Positions 28,184-37,487 of a stretch of DNA of 64,000 nucleotides are shown here, piece after piece. Within the stretch, counting starts at the first letter, position 1. Each line of letters opens with the position of its first letter. The notes under the pieces are model-generated. The model made no database searches. It was not told where the DNA came from and saw nothing but the letters and a program-made list of their open reading frames with translations. The stretch comes from an uncultured Muribaculaceae bacterium (GTDB taxonomy: Bacteria; Bacillota_I; Bacilli_A; RF39; UBA660), in assembly GCA_964408085.1 (NCBI GenBank), contig CAYOYB010000004.1, positions 81,231-145,230 on the forward strand, in the 5' to 3' direction. The position numbers and the translations under genes were made by a program.

Positions 28184-28441
28184 TTAATTATCTAATTCTA
28201 ATCTATAATAAACCCTTAAATCCATAATAGCTTGTCTAAAAATTTTCTTTTCTTCTTCCTGAGAATAAATTATCACATCATGCAATGTCTTATAAATTGA
28301 TATGACACTTACATTTTTATTATCTAAATATTTATAATTTAAATAAATCAAATCTGCTAATAATCTAGCATCATTTTCTATTCTTAACCTTTTTTCTTCT
28401 TTAATAAAATTCTTTTCGTTTATCGTCATTCCATCCTCCAT
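28184..28441 (-). CDS. hypothetical small protein upstream of fic
   Basis: 85-aa ORF (alternative start at 28429). It begins about 60 nt inside the element's right end. Confidence 0.45.
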   Translation of the reverse strand: MEDGMTINEKNFIKEEKRLRIENDARLLADLIYLNYKYLDNKNVSVISIYKTLHDVIIYSQEEEKKIFRQAIMDLRVYYRLELDN

Positions 28442-28504
28442 TTATTGCGTATTTTTTTACTATTGTTTTATTAAATATACATGTCTCAATACCCAATTAA
28501 ATTT

Positions 28505-28548
28505 AACAATGGTAACTGAACATTTCACCTCCTGCATTTATGTGATTA
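28505..28548. repeat. attR-like junction of the inserted element
   Basis: Element arm AACAATGGTAACTGAAC at 28505-28521. Core CACCTC at 28526-28531. Confidence 0.75.
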
Positions 28549-28790
28549 GACACAACAATTACATCACTATTATTTCCATAAGCTTCTAATATTCTATTTA
28601 CCCTTTCAGTTGGTGATAAAGTCTCATCACTAACTCTAGTCATCTTAACATCCACACCTAAATTTTTAAATAAATCATACATATATTGAGAAATCTCTAA
28701 AGTTAAATCTTTTTCAATTATACCATTGCCACTAGCTCCAGGATCTGAGCCCCCATGACCAGCATCTATAACAACTTTTAAATCATTCAT
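28526..28790 (-). pseudogene. 5' segment of the split N-acetylmuramoyl-L-alanine amidase (Amidase_3 N-terminus)
   Basis: MNDLKVVIDAGHGGSDPGA...VVSNHINAGG, then 7 element-derived codons and a stop in track ORF 28503..28790. Confidence 0.85.
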
Positions 28791-29075
28791 ATTTTACCTC
28801 CTAAAATAATTTTATGATTATAATTGAGAAAGGTGCCCATTTATAATTATACTTTTATATAAAAAATATTTTCCCTACATATTATAGCTTTTATATTTAC
28901 ATAATGATATAATAAACATGAAAGAAGGTAGATAAATATTATGATAATAATTTTTATTTTACTAACAATAGTCGCAATATTTGCAGGAATTCATGATGGA
29001 TCAAAATAAATATACCATAACTATTAAAATATAAAATAATACAAACAAAAAATCAAAACTTTAATTTTGATTTTT

Positions 29076-30161
29076 TTATTCGGCACTTTTATCTAATTTA
29101 ACTACAACATTTTTTATTTTTCCAGAACGATATACTTTCATTTCAATTTTTTCGCCTATATCATACTTATATAATAAGAAACGCAAATGAGCAGAATCTT
29201 CTACCTCTTCACCATTTACTTCTAAAATTACATCACCTTTTTGTAAACCTGCTTCTTTTGCTGGATAACCATCTTCAACACTAGCAACAACGGCGCCTCT
29301 ATTTACTTCTTCATCAATAGTAATTTTATGATAATAAAGTGTATAAGTATTAGTTGCATCAATTAATTGAACACCTAGAACAGGTCTCAATACTTTTTCA
29401 CCTTTTTCTAATTTATCAACAGCTGACATAGCTATTTCAATTGGAATTGCAAAACCCATACCTTCAATCTCGTCTTCAACTAATTTCATTGAATTTATGC
29501 CAATAACTTCACCTTTCATATTAACTAAAGGCCCACCACTATTACCAGGATTAATAGCGGCATCAGTTTGTAAAACTTGCATCATATATTTTCCACTTGT
29601 TGAAGAAGAAACAGTAACTAAACGATCCTTACCAGATAAAATACCTCTAGTAACCGTTCCAATATATTTTTTACCAAGTGGCGAACCAACTGTAAAAACA
29701 GAGTCACCTAATTCCATCTCAGTACTATCGCCTATTTTAACAGATTTTAAAGCAGCTGACTTCTCAATCGATAAAACAGCTATATCAGCATATTCATCGC
29801 CACCTAATAAAGTCGCTTCAACTGTTTGTCCAGCTATATTAGTTACTTGAATTTTATTTGCGTCCTTTATTACATGATAATTAGTAATTATATAACCTAA
29901 ATCATCAGCAATTTTATATACAAAACCTGTCCCTGTTCCAACAGCTTGGCTGTTTTGATATGTTTCTATAATTACAACAGCATCATACACTTCATCAATC
30001 GAAGATTTCATCGAATTAGTTTCTGTAATTGTAACATCTTTAACAACAGACTCAATTTGTTTTTCTTGTATAGGAAAATTATGATAGACAACGATTGTCC
30101 CACAAACACCTACTGTTAAAGATATCACAATGGTTATTATATAACTTATTCCTTTTTTCAA
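29076..30161 (-). CDS. htrA: HtrA/DegP-family serine protease (trypsin-like domain plus PDZ)
   Basis: N-terminal TM anchor, a His/Asp/Ser triad with GNSGGPLVN, and a C-terminal PDZ domain. Confidence 0.88.
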   Translation of the reverse strand: MKKGISYIITIVISLTVGVCGTIVVYHNFPIQEKQIESVVKDVTITETNSMKSSIDEVYDAVVIIETYQNSQAVGTGTGFVYKIADDLGYIITNYHVIKDANKIQVTNIAGQTVEATLLGGDEYADIAVLSIEKSAALKSVKIGDSTEMELGDSVFTVGSPLGKKYIGTVTRGILSGKDRLVTVSSSTSGKYMMQVLQTDAAINPGNSGGPLVNMKGEVIGINSMKLVEDEIEGMGFAIPIEIAMSAVDKLEKGEKVLRPVLGVQLIDATNTYTLYYHKITIDEEVNRGAVVASVEDGYPAKEAGLQKGDVILEVNGEEVEDSAHLRFLLYKYDIGEKIEMKVYRSGKIKNVVVKLDKSAE

Positions 30162-30171
30162 ATTATCACCT

Positions 30172-31101
30172 CTATAAATCTACAATTTCTCGCCAATTAT
30201 CAGGAAATCCAATTTTATTTAAAATACTATTAAGTGAAACTGTATCAACTTTACTATCTAAAATATCAATTTCATAACCTATCTCAAAAATAATATCGCG
30301 AAATTCTCCATCACTAAGCATTTTTTTCATAATCAAAATAATCGCATATAAATCATTTTTACCATAAATATATTCCCCTTCTTCATCTGTAGAAATATTT
30401 AAAATATTATGGTATTCATTATTAGGAATTACACGACTTGTTCTATGATCATATAAAATATCTTCATGAGCACATAAATTTCTAAAATTTGCTAACAAAG
30501 ATAAATAAATAGATAATGTCTCAACATCAGTTCTATATAACTTAGCAATTTCATTTTGGTCTTCATATTTTAATATACAAAATAATTCAGAAATAATACC
30601 AAAAGATAAAACTTTTACTAAAATCCACATTGGAATATAACCATAATTACTTAAATAGTGAAGAGTAGCTGAATGCTGACGACCATTAACTCTTATCTGT
30701 CTTTTCATTTTATTTAATATATCAAAAACTTGTCTTGAACGAGCTGGATCCTGCGTAAAATTTTCTGGATTCAAATAATCTTTATCCTTAAATCCATATT
30801 TTCTTGATAATTGGTAACTCATAATTGATTTAATATTATTTTCAATAATCAAAATATATTTAAAAATTGTATTACGAATTCTCCTGTCAAACACAAATGT
30901 TGCATATAACTCTTCAAATGTTGTCCCAGAAATAAACTTATCTTTATCAACAGTTGTAAACATATGTCGATAACCATTTATAAAAAAATAATTTTCACGA
31001 AACAAAATTTGCTTTGCAGTCTCTTCATCATTAATAATTAGACCTCTAGATTTTAAAATATCAATTTGTTCATCTAAGTTCTTAAATATTTTAGACTTCA
31101 T
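30172..31101 (-). CDS. Abi_2-family abortive-infection protein (AbiD/AbiF-like)
   Basis: N-terminus FKNLDEQIDILKSRGLIINDEETAKQILFRENYFFINGY is characteristic of Abi_2. Start at 31101 (MKSKIF). Confidence 0.8.
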   Translation of the reverse strand: MKSKIFKNLDEQIDILKSRGLIINDEETAKQILFRENYFFINGYRHMFTTVDKDKFISGTTFEELYATFVFDRRIRNTIFKYILIIENNIKSIMSYQLSRKYGFKDKDYLNPENFTQDPARSRQVFDILNKMKRQIRVNGRQHSATLHYLSNYGYIPMWILVKVLSFGIISELFCILKYEDQNEIAKLYRTDVETLSIYLSLLANFRNLCAHEDILYDHRTSRVIPNNEYHNILNISTDEEGEYIYGKNDLYAIILIMKKMLSDGEFRDIIFEIGYEIDILDSKVDTVSLNSILNKIGFPDNWREIVDL

Positions 31102-31190
31102 ACAATCACCTATAAAAATTATAGCATACAAAATATGAAAATAATATGTTTTTTTCGTGTAATTTATTTGATAAAATAAGACATTTACAT

Positions 31191-31856
31191 TTATTTACTA
31201 CTAATATAATTAATAACACCTGTAACAATTGTATCAACTATTTTTTGTTGATAACTATCTTGTCTTAACAAATATCTTTCATTGGCATTACTTAAAAAAC
31301 CAACTTCAACTAAAACACCAGGTCGTTCAGCTTTCCTATATAAATATAAATCACTTATCTCTTTAATTTTTCTTTTAGAATTAAGTGAAGTTGTAAATTC
31401 TTTTTGAAGAAATTCCGCCAAAACAACATTTTCACTATTTACATCATCATAAAATACTTGAGCCCCATACCAAGACTCTGAGATATCTGCATTCAAATGA
31501 ATAGATAAAAATAGTGTACAATTAGATTCATTAATTAATTTTATACGTTGATTTAAATCACTACGTTTATGGTTATTAGCGTTAGGAATTGATAAATCAT
31601 AATCTCCATACCTTGTCATATATACAATGGCACCTTTTTCTGTCAAAGCTTGTTCCAATTTTTTACTAATTTCTAAATTAATTGGAGCTTCTTTTATATT
31701 CATATACATAGCTCCTGGGTCGGCACCGCCATGACCAGCATCAACATATATAATATGCCCTAATAATGGTAAATCATTATCATCAGCTTGAACAAAATTA
31801 AAACCGAAAATACTTAATATTAAAAAGAAAAAAACATATATTTTATAGCGTAACAT
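31191..31856 (-). CDS. cwlD: germination-specific N-acetylmuramoyl-L-alanine amidase CwlD
   Basis: Signal anchor plus Amidase_3 (VDAGHGGADPGA, SIHLNA). Its position downstream of rplM-rpsI matches B. subtilis. Confidence 0.8.
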   Translation of the reverse strand: MLRYKIYVFFFLILSIFGFNFVQADDNDLPLLGHIIYVDAGHGGADPGAMYMNIKEAPINLEISKKLEQALTEKGAIVYMTRYGDYDLSIPNANNHKRSDLNQRIKLINESNCTLFLSIHLNADISESWYGAQVFYDDVNSENVVLAEFLQKEFTTSLNSKRKIKEISDLYLYRKAERPGVLVEVGFLSNANERYLLRQDSYQQKIVDTIVTGVINYISSK

Positions 31857-31932
31857 TGTATCACCTTATTTAAATATATGCTTTTCTATATAGTTAATTA
31901 ATATTAAATTTATTAAAGTAAAATCTTATAAA

Positions 31933-32592
31933 TTATAAATTATCAAATAAATTCCATGGATAATCTTTAGGTTTTTCTTCTATAAATTCCATTTTTTCTT
32001 TAGTAACAGGATGATAAAAAGCTAAATAATAAGAAAATAATGCAATTTGTTCTCCTACTTTAGAATTTTTATTATAACGTTGATCACCATATAAAGCATG
32101 ATTTCTTGATGAAAATTGAACTCTAATTTGATGTGATCTACCAGTTACTAAATCTATATCAACTAATGAATAACCATCTTTAAAATCTATAACCTTATAA
32201 TTTAAAATAGCGTCTTTTCCTTTAGAAGATACAATGGTCATATTAGTCTTAGTATTTTTTAATAATTTATCTTTAAAAACTCCTTGTTTATTAGAAAAAT
32301 ATCCATCTACAATAGCGTAATATTTCTTAACTATTTTGTGTGTTCTAACCTGTTCACTTAAACGTGATGCTGCCTTAGAAGTTTTAGCAAAAACCATAAC
32401 GCCACTTACAGGCCTATCTAATCTATGGACAAGGCCTAAATAAACATTACCAGGTTTATTATATTTTTCTTTTAAATAACTTTTTAACATACTAAGTAAA
32501 TCAGTATCATTACTTTCATCTAATTGAACAGGTATATTAGCAGGTTTAACCACAACTAAAACATGATTATCTTCATACAAAATCTTAATCAT
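31933..32592 (-). CDS. RluA-family pseudouridine synthase
   Basis: Catalytic motif HRLDRPVSGV. 219 aa. Confidence 0.85.
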   Translation of the reverse strand: MIKILYEDNHVLVVVKPANIPVQLDESNDTDLLSMLKSYLKEKYNKPGNVYLGLVHRLDRPVSGVMVFAKTSKAASRLSEQVRTHKIVKKYYAIVDGYFSNKQGVFKDKLLKNTKTNMTIVSSKGKDAILNYKVIDFKDGYSLVDIDLVTGRSHQIRVQFSSRNHALYGDQRYNKNSKVGEQIALFSYYLAFYHPVTKEKMEFIEEKPKDYPWNLFDNL

Positions 32593-33460
32593 TTAATTCA
32601 AATCTTCCATATATTCCACAAGGCAATACTAAATTATTATTTTCAATTGGTAATCCAACTTCACCAGCTGATATAATTCCATTTGGATATTTTTTTAAAA
32701 CAGTTACCTTTAAAATATTTTCTAAAACTGTACTAGAAATACCAGTTGTATATGAATTTATAAGCATAAATAAAGGTTTATCACTTAATATTTTCATACA
32801 AGAAGTAATCAAATTATAAATGTTATCTTCAAACTTCCATACTTCGCCATTTGGTCCTCTTCCATAACTTGGTGGATCCATAATTATTACATCATATTTA
32901 TTACCACGTCTTGCTTCTCTCTCAACAAATTTTAAACAATCATCAACTATAAATCTTATTTTATTATTTTCTAAATGTGAAAGGCGCATATTTTCTTTTG
33001 CCCATTCAATCATACCACGAGCTGCATCAACATGAACAACCTCAACAGCTCCAGCATAAGAACAAGCCATTGTTGCACCACCAGTATACGCAAATAAATT
33101 TAAAACTTTAATTGGACGATTACTATTTTTTATTTTATCAATCATATAATCCCAATTAACAGCTTGTTCTGGAAATAAACCTGTATGTTTAAAATTAGTT
33201 GGACTAACTTTAAAACTTAAAGCACCATAATTAACAGTCCAATAATCAGGCAATTTTTTAAAAAATTCCCAAGTACCTCCACCTTTACTACTTCGATGAT
33301 AAAAACCATCAGGATTATTCCAATTCTTGTTATTTTTATCGATTGGCCACAAAGCTTGAGGATCTGGTCTTCTCAAAACGACATCTTTCCAAATTTCTAA
33401 CTTTTCACCATTTCCTGCATCGACAATTTTATAATCTTGCCACTTATTACTAATTCGCAT
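32585..33460 (-). CDS. class I SAM-dependent (rRNA-type, RlmI/RlmK-like) methyltransferase
   Basis: LNLFAYTGG (SAM motif I) and IIMDPPSYGRG (motif IV). Confidence 0.7.
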   Translation of the reverse strand: MRISNKWQDYKIVDAGNGEKLEIWKDVVLRRPDPQALWPIDKNNKNWNNPDGFYHRSSKGGGTWEFFKKLPDYWTVNYGALSFKVSPTNFKHTGLFPEQAVNWDYMIDKIKNSNRPIKVLNLFAYTGGATMACSYAGAVEVVHVDAARGMIEWAKENMRLSHLENNKIRFIVDDCLKFVEREARRGNKYDVIIMDPPSYGRGPNGEVWKFEDNIYNLITSCMKILSDKPLFMLINSYTTGISSTVLENILKVTVLKKYPNGIISAGEVGLPIENNNLVLPCGIYGRFELND

Positions 33461-33467
33461 AAATCAC

Positions 33468-34241
33468 CTATTTGCTCTTTCTAGTTTGAAGAACTTTAAT
33501 ACCTTTTACCAACAAATAAAGAACAACAATAGGAGTAATAAAAATTACAACTAAATTTGATACAACTGTAAATGAACATAAAAAGGCTGAAAGAGCTTCT
33601 GATGAACCAATTTCACATTCTCTACCATTAAAAAGCATAAAAAGAGCGCATATAATATCGATAATAATAATTGGTAACATAATTCTTACAAAAAACCAAT
33701 TTTCATCAGCTTTTTTATTTTTAACTAAATTATTTTTTGATATATTTTTTGCTTCTTCAACTTCAACAAATTTCTTTTTACTTAAACTACCCCATTTATT
33801 AATAATTTCTTCTTGATAAATATCTAAACATCTATTTAAATCATTATAAATAACTAATGTTATTATTTTATCATCATAGCGTTTTTGAATTTTTTCATGC
33901 AAAACTTGAAACTCGCCAACTATTTCTTCTTTAGATTTTTTATCTATAAAATATTTACCATCTTCACTTTTATTAACTTCACTATTATAAAAATTATAAT
34001 CATCTTCAAGATTTAAATAATTTTTTAACATTGGAAAAACAATGTTTTGTTTATTTTCTTCAAAAAATTTGTCCATAGTTTCCTTTAATTCATTAACTTT
34101 TTGTTCTTTTTCTTTAACTTCTGAATTAAATTTACGCTTAGTCATTTCTATTCTTTTACTATCATAATCTTTTTTAAATTTATTTAAATCATTAAAAGCT
34201 AAATTATATTCTAATCTTTTTTCTTCATAATCAGCTAACAC
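33468..34241 (-). CDS. hypothetical coiled-coil protein with C-terminal TM helices
   Basis: GTG start after GAGGTGA. An E/K-rich N-terminal half and two hydrophobic C-terminal segments. Confidence 0.5.
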   Translation of the reverse strand: MLADYEEKRLEYNLAFNDLNKFKKDYDSKRIEMTKRKFNSEVKEKEQKVNELKETMDKFFEENKQNIVFPMLKNYLNLEDDYNFYNSEVNKSEDGKYFIDKKSKEEIVGEFQVLHEKIQKRYDDKIITLVIYNDLNRCLDIYQEEIINKWGSLSKKKFVEVEEAKNISKNNLVKNKKADENWFFVRIMLPIIIIDIICALFMLFNGRECEIGSSEALSAFLCSFTVVSNLVVIFITPIVVLYLLVKGIKVLQTRKSK

Positions 34242-34388
34242 AATATCACCTCGTATAAAAATATCTATATATATTATACCAATAAATATTATAAAATAAT
34301 TATGGAAAAATGAAATAATAAAAGATTGGACATTTATTTACAAAAAATATAATATAAATATGAAATTAAATATATAGTTTAATCCTTT

Positions 34389-34871
34389 TTAATCATTAAT
34401 ATTATATTTATAATAACTGATATTATATAAATCTAAATCAGATATTTTAATATTTCCTTTTTTTAATGCATCAGAAACAGGTTCAGTAGAACCATCTTCA
34501 TACTGAGCAATAATATATTCGTTCTTAACACAACTAAAATAATAATGATATTTCTCATCACTATAAAATTCTTCTAACATCTCAGCACAAACAAAATCAT
34601 CAATATATTTAGTAGTATCATCAATTTTTACTACTTTCATACTAGATGAATTAACAGAACATTTAAATTTACTACCTTTAAAATGTATTTGTGGAGTAGA
34701 ATATTCTGGACAATAGTATACATCATACAATACTCCATTATAAGAATAAGGCTCAATACCTTGAATTGCAAACAATGGTTTATGTAACATAAATATGCAA
34801 ACTATATCCACTATGATAAGAAAAACTATTGTAATTATAATAAACAAAATTATTTTAATCCAACTTTTCAT
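34389..34871 (-). CDS. hypothetical membrane-anchored protein
   Basis: The start MKSWIKII follows GGAGG. One N-terminal TM helix. Confidence 0.5.
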   Translation of the reverse strand: MKSWIKIILFIIITIVFLIIVDIVCIFMLHKPLFAIQGIEPYSYNGVLYDVYYCPEYSTPQIHFKGSKFKCSVNSSSMKVVKIDDTTKYIDDFVCAEMLEEFYSDEKYHYYFSCVKNEYIIAQYEDGSTEPVSDALKKGNIKISDLDLYNISYYKYNIND

Positions 34872-34993
34872 AAATTGACCTCCAATATTAAATAATTCAA
34901 ATTCATTTTTATTATAGCACAACCTTAGTAATCAAAAAAACTAATAAAAACCTTGAAAATATAAATTTCCAAGGCCATATGAACTGTAAAATA

Positions 34994-35407
34994 TTATCTC
35001 TTTGAAAATTGTGGTGCTCTACGAGCGGCTTTAAGTCCTGGTTTCTTACGTTCTTTACTTCTAGAGTCTCTAGTAATAAGACCAGCTCTTTTTAGTGTAA
35101 TTCTAAAACTATCTTCTTTTCCTTCATTAACTTCATCGTAAACAAGTAATGCTCTTGCAATTCCTAAACGAGTTGCTTCACATTGACCACTGAATCCTCC
35201 ACCTTTTACAGTAACTGTAATATCGAAAGTTGCTTCAGTATTAGTAGCTACTAAAGGTTGTTTTAAATTCATGATATTAGTGTCATAAGGAAAATATTCT
35301 TTTACATCTACACCGTTAACAACAATTTTTCCTTTTCCAGGAACCATTGTTACTTGAGCGATAGATGATTTTCTACGTCCTGTTCCAGTAAATACTCTTT
35401 TTCCCAT
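34994..35407 (-). CDS. rpsI: 30S ribosomal protein S9
   Basis: [10 protein letters not shown]...GGGFSGQ...C-terminal KRAPQFSKR. Confidence 0.97.
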   Translation of the reverse strand: MGKRVFTGTGRRKSSIAQVTMVPGKGKIVVNGVDVKEYFPYDTNIMNLKQPLVATNTEATFDITVTVKGGGFSGQCEATRLGIARALLVYDEVNEGKEDSFRITLKRAGLITRDSRSKERKKPGLKAARRAPQFSKR

Positions 35408-35417
35408 TAAAACCCTC

Positions 35418-35852
35418 CTAATTAGCTTTCATTTCCACTGGTTTTTGAGCAGTATGTGGATGTTCGCTTTCAGCATATACAAATAATTTTTTGTACATAG
35501 CACGTCCTAATCTTCCTTTTGGAAGCATACCCTTAACAGCTCTTTCAACCATTTCAACTGGATAATTTTCTTTCATTTCTTTAGCAGTTCTTTCTCTTAA
35601 TCCTCCAGTATAACCACTATGGTTATAATAAATCTTATCATTTAATTTATTTCCTGTTAGATTAATTTTTGAAGCATTAACAACGATTACATAATCACCA
35701 CAATCAACATGTGGAGTATAAGTTGTTTTATGCTTTCCACGTAATACATGTGCTACCTTTGTTGCAAGACGTCCTAAATTAACGTCCTCAGCATCAATAA
35801 CATACCAATTACGTGATACTTCTTGCGCTTTTTGCATATAAGTATTTTTCAT
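35418..35852 (-). CDS. rplM: 50S ribosomal protein L13
   Basis: [29 protein letters not shown]. Confidence 0.97.
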   Translation of the reverse strand: MKNTYMQKAQEVSRNWYVIDAEDVNLGRLATKVAHVLRGKHKTTYTPHVDCGDYVIVVNASKINLTGNKLNDKIYYNHSGYTGGLRERTAKEMKENYPVEMVERAVKGMLPKGRLGRAMYKKLFVYAESEHPHTAQKPVEMKAN

Positions 35853-36003
35853 AAATCTTTTCCCTTCCTTATTTTAAGTTCAAGTGAATGGTCCCAACAT
35901 CCACTTATATGGGATATAAAAAATGTACCATATAAAATATTACTAAAAATAAATCTAAAAGTCAATAAAATTATATGTTTTTTCTTCTAAAAACAGTATT
36001 TTT

Positions 36004-36735
36004 TTATTCATAATAAACATTATTTAAATATAAACCACTAGCAGGAGCTGTTTTTCCTGCCTTAGTCCTATCTTCAAAATTTAATATTTTAGTTATCTCA
36101 TTTGGCATAATTTTGCCTTCACCAACACTAATTAAAATGCCAACTAAATTTCTAACCATATATCTTAAAAAACCATTTCCTTTAAAAACAATTGACATTA
36201 TATTATTATTAACAACTATTTTTGTTTCATATATTTCCCTTTCATAGTCTACTATCTCAGAATTACTTTTTGTAAATGATTTAAAATTATGTTTACCTTC
36301 AAAAAATTTAATTGCTTCCTGCATTTTAGTAATATCTAAATATCGATTATATTGATAAATATAATTTCGATCTATTGGATTATATTCACCTAAATTAATT
36401 TTATAAATATATTCTTTAGCTACAACACTGAACCTAGCATGAAAATCGCCTGAAACAATCGATACATCTTTTACATATATATCATTAGGTAATAAACTAT
36501 TTAGAGCTTTTTTTAAACCTTCACAACTTATATTTAAATTTAAATCAAAATGTGCATATTGATTATTCGCATGGACTAATGCATCAGTTCTACCACTAGC
36601 ACATACCACTACTTTATCGTTAGAAAGTTCTGTCAAAACTCGTTCAAGTTCTCCTTGGATAGTTCGTTTATCATTCTGTTTTTGATACCCATAAAAATTA
36701 GAACCATCATAAGAAAATCGTATTAAATATCGCAT
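36004..36735 (-). CDS. truA: tRNA pseudouridine(38-40) synthase TruA
   Basis: YDGSNFYGYQKQ...ASGRTDALVHA, plus synteny. Confidence 0.93.
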   Translation of the reverse strand: MRYLIRFSYDGSNFYGYQKQNDKRTIQGELERVLTELSNDKVVVCASGRTDALVHANNQYAHFDLNLNISCEGLKKALNSLLPNDIYVKDVSIVSGDFHARFSVVAKEYIYKINLGEYNPIDRNYIYQYNRYLDITKMQEAIKFFEGKHNFKSFTKSNSEIVDYEREIYETKIVVNNNIMSIVFKGNGFLRYMVRNLVGILISVGEGKIMPNEITKILNFEDRTKAGKTAPASGLYLNNVYYE

Positions 36736-37487
36736 TAATATATTCCTTTCATTACTAAAACTAACATTAATATAATATGAGAACTAAGCATATATGCATC
36801 CATTTTATTAAACCCATAAATATAGCAATTGCTTCTTTTTATATCAGTATTATATAGTCTTAAAGATAATGTTTCAGCTAATTCATCAGAATTTTTTAAT
36901 GATAAAACAAACATAGGTGTAATCAAACTTTTTAAGTATGATAGTTTTAGCTTAAAAGATAATTTTCTAAAACTTATACCTTTACTTTCATAAACTTTAA
37001 TAATTCTTTGTCCATTTTCAAAAACACTCGGAATAAATCGAATTGCCAAAGATAATATAAGTGCTAATGAATTAACAGGAATTTTAAAAATTTTAAGTGG
37101 TGACAAAATATGTTCTAAACCATAAACTAACTCACTAGGTGTTGAAGTAAGTGTTAAAACTGATGAATACAAAACAATTAATATTAGACGAATTGAAAAA
37201 ACAATTGATATATTATAAGATGCACTACATAAGAAGTTAAGTAAAAATATAAATATAATAAAAGGAATTAAACTAAAAATAATTTTTAAATAAACTTTTA
37301 TAGGAATATTACTAAAACAAAGAATATATAAAACAATTAAAACTAATATTAAATTAAATTCAATACTACTAGACATAAAAGTTAAAATTAAGAAAATTAT
37401 AACACATAATATTTTAGATATAGGATTCATTCTTCTAATTTCAGAATCGATATTATAAAAACGATTAAATGATATATTACCTAACAT
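36735..37487 (-). CDS. ecfT: ECF transporter transmembrane component EcfT
   Basis: Polytopic membrane protein immediately after two EcfA-type ATPases, upstream of truA. Confidence 0.8.
   Translation of the reverse strand: MLGNISFNRFYNIDSEIRRMNPISKILCVIIFLILTFMSSSIEFNLILVLIVLYILCFSNIPIKVYLKIIFSLIPFIIFIFLLNFLCSASYNISIVFSIRLILIVLYSSVLTLTSTPSELVYGLEHILSPLKIFKIPVNSLALILSLAIRFIPSVFENGQRIIKVYESKGISFRKLSFKLKLSYLKSLITPMFVLSLKNSDELAETLSLRLYNTDIKRSNCYIYGFNKMDAYMLSSHIILMLVLVMKGIY

Larger units (their letters stand above)
13117..28531. mobile_element. ~15.4 kb integrated element (large-serine-recombinase type) carrying a dnd/defence operon
   Basis: It interrupts the amidase ORF. It has a shared 6-bp core at both ends, inverted terminal arms, and a recombinase near the left end. 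All cargo genes are on the minus strand. No phage structural genes are present. Confidence 0.8.

Noticed and set aside
13117-28531. Interpretation of the inserted element as a prophage, or as a tRNA-Trp-targeted island.
   Set aside because: I saw no capsid, tail, terminase, portal or lysis genes. The insertion site is inside the amidase ORF, 1.7 kb away from the tRNA, and the junction repeats contain no tRNA sequence.
28941-29009. 22-aa hydrophobic ORF (MIIIFILLTIVAIFAGIHDGSK) with an AAGGTAG-like RBS between htrA and the amidase promoter; possible type I toxin-like peptide.
   Set aside because: It is too short, and I have no supporting antisense RNA, conservation or structure that I can verify.
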